This document shows positions 24,950 to 36,917 of a DNA stretch of 64,000 nucleotides, one piece after another. The stretch comes from Oikopleura dioica (Eukaryota > Animalia > Chordata): NCBI GenBank assembly GCA_907165135.1, contig OU015569.1, forward strand, positions 9,300,001 to 9,364,000, in the 5' to 3' direction. Below the pieces are notes generated by a model. That model did no database searches and had not been told where the DNA came from. It worked only from the letters and a program-made list of their open reading frames with translations. The translations under genes and the position numbers were made by a program. Position 1 is the first letter of the stretch, and the number at the start of each line of letters is the position of its first letter.

Positions 24950-26354
24950 TCAAACCGTGAGTTGATTAACTGAAGACTGCGCTGGCTGAGCAGCACTGAG
25001 ACCCGTTACAGTGGGAATGCTAGTGATTGGAGCACCTAAAATTATTTCTTTGAAAACTCCTTGATAGTCATTAGAATTTACCGGTGAGTGTCTGCTTCAT
25101 CATATCCTTCAGAGTCGACTTAACTTCGTCGTACTCTTTGATTGCGAGTTGGCAACCATCGATTCTTGCTGCTACCTCGGGAAGGATCTCTTTCAGATCG
25201 CTGTGCTCCTTCATCAGCTTGCCAGCTTCTTCAGCACTAGCATCCGCTAGCTTTTTCTAAAGAGACGATATTTTTTTAGTATCGCTTAAATCTTACCTTG
25301 GCACTGGCTTCAAGATCCGCCAGTCGAGTATGCGCCTCTTTGAATGATTTAAGTGCATCTTGAGGCATTTGGAGCATTTCTTCCATAACTCCGAGCTACA
25401 AAAACTCGATGATAAGTTATTTCAAATTAAGATTTTTACTTCATAGTACGAAGCAGCAACATCTCGGCCATTCGGATCGAGAAACTTCTTTTGAATCTCG
25501 ATTAAAGTTTTTGTATCTTCGACTGATTCCTGGAATTTCTCATCTTCCATTTTGAGTTCCGATAGATCTCTCAAACAGTCGCAAAGTCGAAGCTGACTTT
25601 TCTCGGTTTCATGTTTAGCGAAGATAGTTCGTGCTAACTCGAGCCATTCATAAGCCAGCTCATGGTCAGAGATTTCATCACTCGTTCCATCGATATCGTT
25701 AGAAGATGATGGTCCTGGCTCAGCACTGGAGGGCCCCGGTTGATCCGAATTCGCAGGCTCTTCGTTAATTGATCCGAGAGCGGGAGCGTCCTCTTCATCA
25801 TCTTCATCATTTTCTGGCTTTTCCGCCGGAATTTTACTGCCGAAAATATCACTGAAATGAATTAATTCAATCGCTGCAGCAGCTAATTATTTACCTGTTA
25901 GCCAGTGAAACCTTCATCAACGCGTTGCCATACCAGTAACCACACTCGGCCATCGTCCAGTGCGTCTCACCCCGATGCTTGGCGATCAACTCGCAACACT
26001 AAATTTTTGGATGCATGATGCATCTGATCATGGACCGTATGTTCTAATTACCTCTGACAACGGCTTTAAAGCCGCTGAGTGTTTGTTGAGCAATGCTGAA
26101 CGCCTTCCCTCGCGGTACAACGTTTCGATTTGTTTGGAAACATCGATAGCTTCCGAACTCAGAATATCCTTATCAGCTAATTGGAAGGGTTTATCTTGGA
26201 AAGAAGGCTCAGATTCGCCGCTTTCTTTCTTCTGCGGAACTACGTCTAAAAATTGTTAAAATATAGTAATAAAAACCAATTCACCGTTTGTAGTTTCCTT
26301 TGATACTTGGATGTTAGACGAGAGGACAGTGACGTTTTCTTTATTATCGGACAT
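24950..26354 (-). CDS. NASP: NASP histone chaperone (TPR, SHNi-TPR)
   Basis: GETHWTMAECGYWYGNALM, acidic insert, ISDHELAYEWLELARTIF, LKEILPEVAARI. Confidence 0.8.
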
Positions 26355-26462
26355 GCTCTGAATTGCCTATTATTGGAACTTTGTGTGTTAGTTTTTTCCT
26401 TGAATTCGAGTAAAAGAGAATGAAGATGAAAAGTGAGCTTGGAAACAGCAAAAAAACAAGAT

Positions 26463-29400
26463 TCAAGAAGCAGTGATCATTGAGATATTTTGGAAATGCT
26501 CTCCAATTTTCAATCGTTCAGTTGGCTCTATCGACTCAAGATAGCTTACTGTTCATGGTTATTTCAATGAAATTTTCTAATTTTTAAAGTGAATCTTTCA
26601 TCTTAACCATTCCTAAATATGCTTTTAGGTCAGGGGCAGTGGCGAGAATTTTATCTAAAGGTTCTTTTGGCAGTTTCAATAAGACCATCACACATCGCGT
26701 TTTTAATTTCTGGCAGCAGATAACAAATCCATCCCAGAGCTTCTGCGTGTGCCATATCTCTCTATTCAAATTTTAGTTTCTTGAAGTTTTCATGTCTGAC
26801 CTGGTAATCAGGGTCTTCAGAGTTACGATAATCTCAGAAGTGATCCTTGGATGCGTAATCAGCGCTTGTAAAACAGTTCTCATGAACAAAGCTGGCAGTT
26901 GATCAAACTTCAACATTCTTGAAATTGCCGACGCAAAAACTAAACTTAATTTAAAAACAGATTGAAGCTGCTAAAAGGTTGTACGCGGTTATCTGTGTAC
27001 CTGTACCCGTGAATGCTCTTTTTTGTTTCGTGGGTACCACGGACCCGTGAATGCTCAACTTTAGTTTCATGTGTACCAGGTACCCGTGAAGGCTTTTCTC
27101 AACGTTCGCGTGTACCAGGTCCCCACGAACATTAGTTTTGACTTTCATGGGTACCCATGACCCGCGAACATTGTTATTAAGTTTCCTGGGTACCAAGCAG
27201 CTGCGGTTGGTAGAAATTTTTCTAGACCTTGTTTTGACTCAGTCAATATCAACCTATTAAGGTCAACCTTTCTATCTTAATCTAAGCCCCTTACCTCGGG
27301 GCTCCGCCCCTTCGGGCCTAAGATGCCGGGGTCTAGTCTAGGGTTACTTAGGGTTACCTTCAGTAACCCTAACTAACCCTAGCCTATCCCCCTCGGGTAA
27401 GTTTGTTCTGTCATTTTGCCCAGTGCCCCCTAACACTAACCATAAATTAAGCCAATCATAAGTTGGAGCTTATCATTAATTTTAAGATGAGCGCTTTTCC
27501 ATTGTCTTCTATCTTCTGAGTCTCATGAAAGTTGAAAAGCGTTCGTAAGACTTCGGTACCCACGAGCTTTGAAAATAGCATTCGCGGGGACCTGGTACAC
27601 ACGAAACTTAAAGAGAGCGTTCGCAAGTACCTGATACCCACGAAACTGAAATTTAGAATTCACTGGTACCGGTACCCATGAAACTAAAATAGGAGATTCA
27701 CGGGTATGGTACACAGATAACCGCATACCACCTGCTAAAATACCTTCGAGGGTAAAAACAGTTTTTTCTGCAAGACACAAAGCAATTGCTTCGATCGCAG
27801 GTTTAACGCTGGCGCCTTCCATCAAATGCAGCTCAACCAAAAGCTCGGTAGCTGTCAAGGGTGCAACATGCTGGTCACCTTCTGTACTCTGAGACCCGCT
27901 GTGAACACCCAATAAGCGGAAAAACACGTCTTTGACAACCTTTTTCTGGAGCTGAATAAGTTCTGGTAATGCCTCAACCACTTCCCTATAGAAACGTTTA
28001 AGTAAAAGACGCTAATTCAAAATTTCGTACTCTTTTGGAAGCACTTGCAGAATGGGAATCATGAAACGAATATCCCGTCGATCTGTTGACATGACGTGTT
28101 TGATCGCATCAATAAGCTCTTGCTCGACTATACCATTTTTGGTGACTATGTGCAGAATTCTTGTTACCAAGGATTCACAGCCTTCCGGCATATTCTTCAC
28201 AAGATCTAGGAAGGTAACATTTGTCTGCGGAATACGGCGGACAGGAGCCTCCATTGCTCTGCTTATGACTCGCTTGACTGCCATTGAAGGAGTTCTATTG
28301 AATATATCACACAAGTTTAGTAGAACATCAGCATCAAATGGCAAAACAGCGACTGCCAGATCTAGACAGCGTTCAATCAGATCTTCTGTCCAGTCAGAAG
28401 CAATATCAGAGAGGGTCTGTGGCGGCTCTTCGTAGATAAGGTAACCGAGAGACTTCACAATATGAATGGTAATGTGTTGGATGACATCCGGATTGTCCTG
28501 AAAGCGCTCATAAATAGTCACAATCTGGTCGAGGGCTCGGATTCGTATTTGCCTAAACCAATGCGTTGATAGCTGTAAAAGAAGCTCGAGCAATCGCATT
28601 CGGTTTACAGGACGTTGGATCGCCAATTTTCCGAGAGTCGATATAAGTGCTTCGGACGAATCTGGGCACTCCCCGTCAACACAAAACTGCATAAGAATTC
28701 CAAATGTGTCTTCGGTTAATATAGGAGCTTGGAATAGAAGCTGTTCAAACATGGCGTCCGCGTTTTTCTCCTTCAATACAGTCAACAATATTCCAATACA
28801 AACGTTGTAGTTTTCAAGAGCTTGCATATCACTGGGCGACTCGCGAATGTCCAAATATTTTTCGTATTCTGCGTAAAGCCAACTAAGTGACATCTCGATA
28901 CGATTTCTCGGGTTTGGATTGTGTTCGATGACGTCTGCGACAAGTGCAGGGAATGAGCCGCTGAAGTGAGCGACAATCTTAGTTAGCATGCCATGAAGAG
29001 TAGAATTGTGATTAGAATGAACTAGGCCCTTGATCATGTCGTCCACAGCCATTTTGACCATTCGAAACTTGACGTCTGGGGCAAGGCTTTTGGTTACGTT
29101 TGCGAGGTGGAACTCGTTTCGACCAGCTCCTGTCGAACTTTCAAGATCTTTGTCCATTGCTTTAAGGGCTTCCATAGGCTCGAACTTTCTCTTTGTCGGT
29201 TCGCTATCATCTGAATTCTTCCTACGTTTTTTTGGCGAGTGAAGCAGGTCTTGCCGTTTACCGAGTCCTGCTTGTGTAATCTGGTTCGCAAGGAGACGGG
29301 CAATGGACATTTTCTGTTTAGAACTTCCTGCTGAAGTTATCGGCGTGTATGTCGAAGAAAATGATGGTTGCATCTTTTCAGGAACTCCCGGTAAAGATAG

Positions 29401-30523
29401 AATGACTAAATCCACGACATCATTAATCTCACATAATCCATCATATAACTCGTCGGCTAGTTCTTCTATTTGCTCTCTTTCTTGATCCGCCCGATTTCGT
29501 TTCACCGGCCTTCCAACTTCTTCATCGGGATCCCTATCATCATCCATTGAGATATCTGTTGCTTTTCGCTTGTCCTCGACAGCCATTAGCTTCATAGTCC
29601 TATCGACTTCAGCCTTTCCCATTCCGAGGTCACGAAGAAGCGTTGAAATTATAGCTTCGTGCTCTCTTGTCTCAGGACACGATTTCATAATATCTATGAG
29701 CTGGATTCGAATCAGTTTTCGAACATTCTTCACTTGTGTGATTGACAGTGTCGGAGGGAGTGATGCATTCAAATTTTCAAACTCGCTTATGACGGTGCTA
29801 ACGTAGTCCCTCTCTGTTTTTGCAATTCTAGACAGACTTGTTAGACCGGCCACCAGATTCCCGTTTGAAATCGTCGCTTTCTTCAGGAAGTCCGTCAATG
29901 TGAGAATTGCGTTCTCGAAGATACTGAAGGATTCGTTCTTGAAAAGAATGAATTCCTCGACGACGCGCACAGCTTGAGTTCGAATCCCATCATTTTCGTC
30001 CTCCAAAAGACGGACTACCGTTTCGTAGATCTCGACAAGAGTCTCACGAATCGGCATTTGCGCGTTTCCTTCAGCAAAAACTGGTAGCGTGTAGCACAGC
30101 GAGATTAATGTGCGACAAAGTACGTTCGAGCACTCATCACTCAAAAGCTTAAATTCGTTCAATAAATAATTAACTGGCATTGAAATTAACTTACAGAATT
30201 CAACGGAGGTAATAGCGCTACAATCGTATCCTTTTCTCTTTTTACCGATAACGTGATAAACCTGATAACTTGGGCGCGGATAGAGGGGTTTTTGTCCTTC
30301 GTAAAATTGCAAATTTCATCCTAGCCTCTCGTTAGTATCAATGAAAAACTAATCTCTGTACCTGGAAATTATCTAATACTGCATTTTCGTTCTTTTCGAG
30401 ACTCTCAATCACACTATCCAAAAGCTCAAATCGTCTGTCCGTCGATTTTTCCACAGTTGCCAAGCTTAAATTTTTCCCAACTGTATTATCGACCTCTCCA
30501 TTATCAATCTCTGGATCATCCAT
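26463..30523 (-). CDS. SYMPK: Symplekin
   Basis: LNASLPPTLSITQVKNVRK, FSSTYTPITSAGS, RDIRFMIPIL, PLTATELLVELH, LWDGFVICCQKLK. Confidence 0.92.
26977..27732. mobile_element. Non-autonomous TIR element (GG..CC termini, 8-bp TSD, Merlin-like) in a SYMPK intron
   Basis: TSD TGCTAAAA (26969-26976, 27733-27740). TIR GGTTGTACGCGGTTATCTGTGTACC versus GGTACACAGATAACCGCATACCACC. About 39-bp subterminal repeats with a GGTACCCGTGAA core. Confidence 0.85.
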
Positions 30524-30572
30524 TCTGAATTTTCAAAAATTACCAAAAGAAGCTATTCGAATTTCGAAAGAG

Positions 30573-32249
30573 TTAAAGGCTGGCGAAGCCCTTACGACAA
30601 GTCAAATTAAATTTCGGTGCAGAAGCATGAATAGATTCTTGTCTACTAATTTCTTGGCTTAGATTCGTTTTGAAGATGAAGTCGCCATCCTTCTCGCCTA
30701 CAAACTGCTCCGGAAGCTCGGCATCAGAAATCTCCGACACACTTCTCGGCATTTGCTTGTAACTCATAAAACCGCTCATATGACTTCCAACGCGTCCAGG
30801 AAATACCCGATTATGGAATTTGTTGGACATATGTTCTTGTCTATGCACGCCAAGTGTGCTATACTAAAATTGATAACTAGAAAAGTAATTAATATGAATT
30901 TAATTACATTGAAAAAGTCAATGATCGGCTTCTGATTAAAATATTCTTTGTATGAATTGACCGGCGCCTCGTATTCCCGAACATTGAGTCTAACTGCGTA
31001 GGATATACAAGACTCGAAAATTCAAGAAAACTCGATGTTCAAATGATTTTCATATCCAATCTTTATTTGGCGAAGCAATGATTTCGGGTTTGTCACATTT
31101 CTGAGGATCGATTTTGACAACGCTGTAGCCAGTCCTAGAGGCTTGCTCCTACGAAATGAAAAATAAATACTGAGTATAATGAAGTGCCGAACGTACGTAA
31201 GGACTTTCGACTTCATGAAGAGCACGCAAGAGACAGTTGATTTGGGGAAGTACAGCTCTTGAGCCTTTCACATGGCAGTGAATGTCCTTAATACCAGCAA
31301 CATCCAGAATTCGCTTGAGATATCTATTCGCGCGGATACCGAAGCCTTTCGGCTGCGGTCTCAGGGACATGTATGTTTTATGGAAATTGAAGAAGACTTC
31401 ATTTGATATCGTCCTGCCCTCGTGCAAATGGATAGCTATTAACTTGTAATATATACAGAATTTTTAACGGTGAATCTTACATTGTAAATTTTTGAAGGCT
31501 TGTCGCCGGGCGGAGATAATGGCACTAGTGGCCAGTGGCTCCTGGGCAGTAGCCACACCGTAGATTCCTTTTCCATTTCCAACTACAACTGTTGCTCGGG
31601 CACTGTAGATTCGTCCTGCTTTTGGGGCCATGTAGCCAACCCGGCCAATTTCAAGAATTGATACTTTGAAATCATCAAAAGCTTAAGACAGAACATTAGC
31701 AATAGGCCAGCAACAATTTGATTACTTCTCCCGAATTCCCGTTGGGCGTCTTTTGGACTGATAGTTGGAATATACATGCCGGCAATAGATTTCCCCGTAT
31801 ATCCTCTATTAAGTCTATTCAGCCAGTACTCCCGCGTCCATGTAAGGAAATCGTCGACGGAGGAAAACACTTGATCCTGGTTTTCTTTTTCTTGAACGTG
31901 AACAGGCAACTCTCGGTCAAGCGGAGTTCCTTCTTCTGCAAGACCGTCTTTGAACGAGTCGTGATCTCCGGAAAGTCCAGGCCAGAGTTTAGCAGAGCCG
32001 CCGTGGCCGTATTTTGATTCTTCCCAGAAATCGACTCGCTGGACAAGAATTGTACGCCGACCTGGAAGGATCGACATATTCGTAAGGAAACACATCGTGT
32101 TATTTACCTCCTGCGTTTTTATTTTGATCAAGACCGGGTTTACGAATGGCCCACCAAAGCTGATCTCCCGAGAAGTTCGTTACTCTTTGCACTGGGGCCG
32201 TTGCAGATAGCCGCCGCCAAGGTGCAGCAGCTATTTTTATCGCCGACAT
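30573..32249 (-). CDS. MRPS5: Mitochondrial ribosomal protein S5
   Basis: YGHGGSAKLWPGL, VVVGNGKGIYGVA, RPQPKGFGIRANRYLKRILDVAGIKDIHCHVKGS. Confidence 0.85.
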
Positions 32250-32251
32250 TC

Positions 32252-32824
32252 TTAACTCGCTTTTTGAAAGCATAAAGAAAAAAACTCTTGTTGTCTTTTA
32301 GCTTCGTCCAAAAGAAAGAACAAAGAAACAGTCCTGCCTTCAAATTGATATCGGACGAAGCCGTGATTTGGTGAACGCAACAAAAAGAAAGCTGCGATAC
32401 CGTAAGCCCAGCAAGCAGGAAAAGCTAATGTTTTGCTTATGCGAATAACCCTGTCAGAAATGCGAAGGTCTGATGCTGGTGTCTTTGTGCAGTGATATTT
32501 GACATATGGCCAGCACCCAGTCCGTAATATTTGAAAATTCGAGTCTCCAATGAGAATATCGTAATTAGATTTTCCGAAGTCGTCGTCGTAAATTTCCGAG
32601 TATTTGACAAAATAACTAGTCCAAGACTGATTTCGCTCGAGACATGCAGAAAGGTGCGTCCTTAGTACCTCCGATGCTCTTTTATGGATCCCTACGAAAT
32701 AAAAGTCCAGAATATTTCTACCTCTATGTTTCAAATGATATACGCGGGAAACAGAGAAGCTACAAGTAAAAGGACCCTGCCTTGGTCTGCCTCTCGCAAA
32801 TAAATAGTGAGCGTAATTTTTCAT
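32252..32824 (-). CDS. C15orf61: C15orf61/DUF4528 family protein
   Basis: ASEVLRTHL...WTSYFVKYS..DDFGKSNY...QILRTGCWPYVKYHCTK. Confidence 0.85.
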   Translation of the reverse strand: MKNYAHYLFARGRPRQGPFTCSFSVSRVYHLKHRGRNILDFYFVGIHKRASEVLRTHLSACLERNQSWTSYFVKYSEIYDDDFGKSNYDILIGDSNFQILRTGCWPYVKYHCTKTPASDLRISDRVIRISKTLAFPACWAYGIAAFFLLRSPNHGFVRYQFEGRTVSLFFLLDEAKRQQEFFSLCFQKAS

Positions 32825-33049
32825 TTCATAGTCATTCTATTAACATTCTAATTACTTTTCTGCTTCGTTAACAAACTAAGAACCAAGAAGACTCCTCGGA
32901 GAAAGAGCCTTCTTCAAACAGTCGATTCATCAACGGATTCATTTATTCCAAAAAGTAGCAGCTTGGCGAAAAGAGGCAAAGAAAACTTCGTTCTTGTCGC
33001 TTCGTTTTTACCTTCTGGAGAAAACGGCATCCGTCGGCGTGGAGCTGAT

Positions 33050-33599
33050 TTACTTGGATCGAGCTCGCATCTAAAAGAGCACAGTTAACCACAGAGTCGT
33101 GTAAATGTCGTGCATTTAATAAAAATCCTGACAGTCCCTACGAATATATACAGTCACTGAAAATATATTCCTAATTAACGCGTGAAAACGTTAAAAAAAT
33201 AATACCAACGTGCCTTTATTGAAAAAAAAAGTTATTGGCCTCCAGTTAACTCGCACCATACAAACACCAAGGCCGAGACGCTTTTGGGAAGCCCCCGGCC
33301 CGCAGATTTTGGTGCTCCTCCGAATCCCTTTCTTTCGAGACTTTTGAAGACCCTAAGGAGGATTCTTCCATTCCAAGGGATTCATCGAGCAATCAAGACT
33401 GCTTCAGTCGGGTTTCATGTCCGGCTCTCACTAATGTTAGTCACCACAAATACAAATCAGAATATTTGAGTGATGCCAAAGGCCGGTGGAAATCACAAAC
33501 GGCTGAGGGAAAGGAGAGTCTATCAAAGACAATTTTCATTACCTTTCTTCGCTTTCGCTTCAGTCGTCGGACACGCTTCTTTCGCCACTTGGCACGCAT
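33050..33599 (-). CDS. RPL41: 60S ribosomal protein L41 (25 aa, 2 coding exons; missed by the ORF track)
   Basis: MRAKWRKKRVRRLKRKRRK|MRARSK* with a GT-AG intron at 33071..33542. Confidence 0.95.
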
Positions 33600-33752
33600 G
33601 GTTTCAAGTCGATTTCAAGTCTAAGAAAAAAGGTTGTTAATTAAGGAAAATATGAAAAAGTTCCTTCATACAGGTTGCAGACAGGAGACATGTAGGTCGC
33701 GCAAGGCGAGAATAAATAAAATGTTCATATCTTCTTCACTAGTGATTCTCTT

Positions 33753-36744
33753 TTAAACGACGATTCTCTTTTCGAGAGCGGCCATGAAGTCTGAGGTCTT
33801 GTGGTTGCCGCCGATGTCGGTCGTACGGATACCGTCGACATTAACAACGTCGACGACAGCGTCACGGAGTCGCTGAGCGTCGTCGGTCAAACCGAGATGT
33901 CGAAGCATCTATTTCATAAAATTAGAAATTTCTCGAAAGCGTTGATTGTAAAAAGTGAGTTTCTGCATTTCTTTGAGAATACTAGAGGCCCGCCAGGCCC
34001 AATAATTTCTGCGTGTTGCTCATGTGAGCGAACCAGAGCGCGCAGCGTGCGTGGGTGGCCTCGCCTACGCGCTCTCGCTCATCGCGCCCGCTTTAGCACC
34101 GGCGGAGGCGCAACGAGCGCCGCGTCAAGCCCAGCCGCCGCCCCCAAGTCCAGCGTCCCACTGCGCTGAGAAAATCTCCTTCAGAGTAACCACTATTATC
34201 CCACAATGGCACACGTTAACAATGGCGTCCCATTCGATCCACAGGCCTTTGAAAACGTTCGAATTGACCTTCCAGGTCGTTGATCAAATTTATCATTTCT
34301 ACTCATATTATTAGTGATTTGTCTAAGTGTTATATGAAACATTTACAAGTAGCCGAACAATTACCCAATCTTTGAAAGAAAATTGGAGGAACTGAATTGA
34401 TCAACAAGATAAGCATTGAAACGACGCGCTGCTACTTTGGGTACAAAAAGATGTGTCAAGAAAGCTTATCAAGCGGCTTGGCTCATGCGTTGCTGCTCTG
34501 TGATCGATCTGACGACTCTTGCAGGAGACGATACCGATGCCAATGTTATGCGTTTGTGTCACAAGGCGGCCAAGCCCATCCGACCGGACTTGGTGAAAGC
34601 ACTCGGCATGGAGAATTTCAAGATCACGACTGGTGCTATCTGCGTTTATCCCAACCAAGTTGCCGTCGCGAAGAAATACTTGAAGGCGATAAATGCTGAT
34701 CATATCCCGGTAAAGGAGCCTTGTCTAACACTTGATTAGAATTATAAGATTGCAAGCGTTGCAACTGGATTCCCAGCTGGACAAACACCTCTGAAGATGC
34801 GACTTGAGGAGATCAGAATGGCCGTCGCCGATGGTGCCACTGAGATTGACATTGTCATCAACAGAACCAAGGCGCTCCAAGGCGACTGGCAAACCGTCTA
34901 TGACGAGGTCAAACTCATGAAAGAGGCTTGTGGCGCCGCCCACATGAAAGCTATCCTCGCTGTCGGCGAGCTGGGAACTATGGAAAATGTCTACAAGGCT
35001 TCCATGGTTTGCATGCAGGCTGGAAGTGACTTTATCAAGACTTCGACCGGCAAGGAAGGTGTCAACGCAATTCTGCCAGGTTCGTTCTCCATCAGCATGC
35101 AAGTAAAAACTCTACAAAATTATAGTTGGGCTTGTCATGGTCCGCGCTATCCGTGATTACCTTGCCGCTACGGGAATCAAGGTTGGCTTCAAGCCGGCTG
35201 GGGGCATCAGAAATGCTAAACAAGGGCTCACCTGGCTGATGCTCATGAAGGAGGAACTTGGCGATGAATGGGTCAAGGTATGCATGAATTATAAAATAAC
35301 CGAATTTAACGTATTTGCCAGGCTGATCTGTTCCGAATCGGCGCTTCCTCGCTCTTGATCGACGTCGAGCGACAGCTTTACCACTACGTCTACGGTCGCT
35401 ATGCTGCCGAGCACCAGCTTGCTATGTCTTAGAAAAGCCGGCCATCCAAGGCACATTGGAAACCCGTTGCAATTTATTAATTAATTCCCAAAAAAACCCT
35501 CCCCTGCCAACCAGTTCATTACAACCAGTATGTTCGAAAATGTGCATTCGCTCCATGTGCGTAATTACAGTCCTATTCAGTGTTATACCCTGAGACCGAA
35601 TAAATTCTATTGTTAGGCCAAAGGGACTTTCGGCGGGCCTTGTGTTCACATTTGTCTTGACTATAATACCAAACGCAGGAAATACCTTGGAAGTAGCGAC
35701 CAAGTAAGCAGTGGGGTTCGCCATGTTCTTTCCTGCAATCTTTCGTCCGGCGTTTCGGGTAGCTTGCTCGAAGACAGCCATTCCGTTGGTATCGTTGAAG
35801 TTTCCTCCGCTAACCAAGCCAGGGCCGCCAACAAGACCGCAGAGCACTTAACTTACGTTCGGATCTATTGGTACTATTTGGACTCACTGTTGGAAATAAT
35901 GTTTCCGTACAAGTTGGGCATGACCATAACGTCAAACTGTTCTGGTCGAGAGACGAGCTGCATCGTGCAGTTATCAACAATGATATCGTCGTACTCAATG
36001 TGAGGGTATTCGAGAGCGACTTCAGCGCAGACTTTTCGGAAAAGACCATCTCCCTTCTTCATGATGTTAGCTAGAATTTGATCAATGAGTCTATCGAGAG
36101 AGTGAGGTCGGGTACCTTTGTGTACGCATGTGACCTTCTTTCGGCCCCACTGATCGGCGTAGTTGAAAGCGAAGCGGGCAATTCGCTCAGTAGCAGTTCG
36201 GGTGCAAACCTTCAGGGACTCGACAAGGCCGGGAATGGCTTCGTGAGACATAGCAGAGTACTCTCCTTCGGTATTCTCTCGGATGCAGACAACATCGAGG
36301 TTCTTGTGTCGGGTGTCGAGAGATGAGAATGACTGAGCGTGGACGACGTTGGCGTACAAGTCCAAGTCGTGTCTAGAATTAATCTACATTGCTTTGAAAG
36401 AGTTGTCGAAGCAAACCGAAGCTGAAGGTTTCGAGAAGTGTAGACTGGCCACTGAGTAACGACGTTTCCCTTCATGCAGACTTTGTTTCTGGTAATAGAG
36501 TTCATCGCCTCGGTAAGTTCAGAGGTGCTAAAAAGACAAATTGATTGAAATTGTGTTTCAGGACTTACCCTTCAAGTTGAACAGTCTCGAAGTCGACGGG
36601 AGCTCCGAGCATTTCAATAGTTTTAGTAACTTCCCCACACATTTCAGGACCGATTCCGTCGCCAGGAATAAGAGTGACAGTGTGTCGTCCACCATAGCAA
36701 GCGTTTCGAGCGATCACTCTGGAAGCAACGGACTTCAACATCAT
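33753..36744 (-). CDS. IDH3G: NAD-dependent isocitrate dehydrogenase subunit gamma
   Basis: [42 protein letters not shown]. Last exon MLRHLGL...RTTDIGG at 33753-33908, beyond DERA. Confidence 0.9.
34206..35432 (+). CDS. DERA: Deoxyribose-phosphate aldolase, nested antisense in the last IDH3G intron
   Basis: [56 protein letters not shown]. Confidence 0.95.
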
Positions 36745-36917
36745 AAAGCCTCTCTAAAAGAACTCAAGATAAGTATGGAATGTTGAAAAAGCCTTCCCTG
36801 GAATAATTACAAATTTTCACCGTTCTGAGCACGTAGGCAAGTAAAAAAAGGTGTGAAACCACGTACTGCCCGAACTGCTGCTGTTAGCTATTGGGTACAA
36901 GAGAAACAGAATTAATA

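Noticed and set aside
33163-33360. U17/snR30 (ATATTCCTA) or telomerase template (ACCCTAA) in the RPL41 intron
   Set aside because: Both motifs are on the antisense strand, the partner motif AAACCAT is missing, and the template match is too short.
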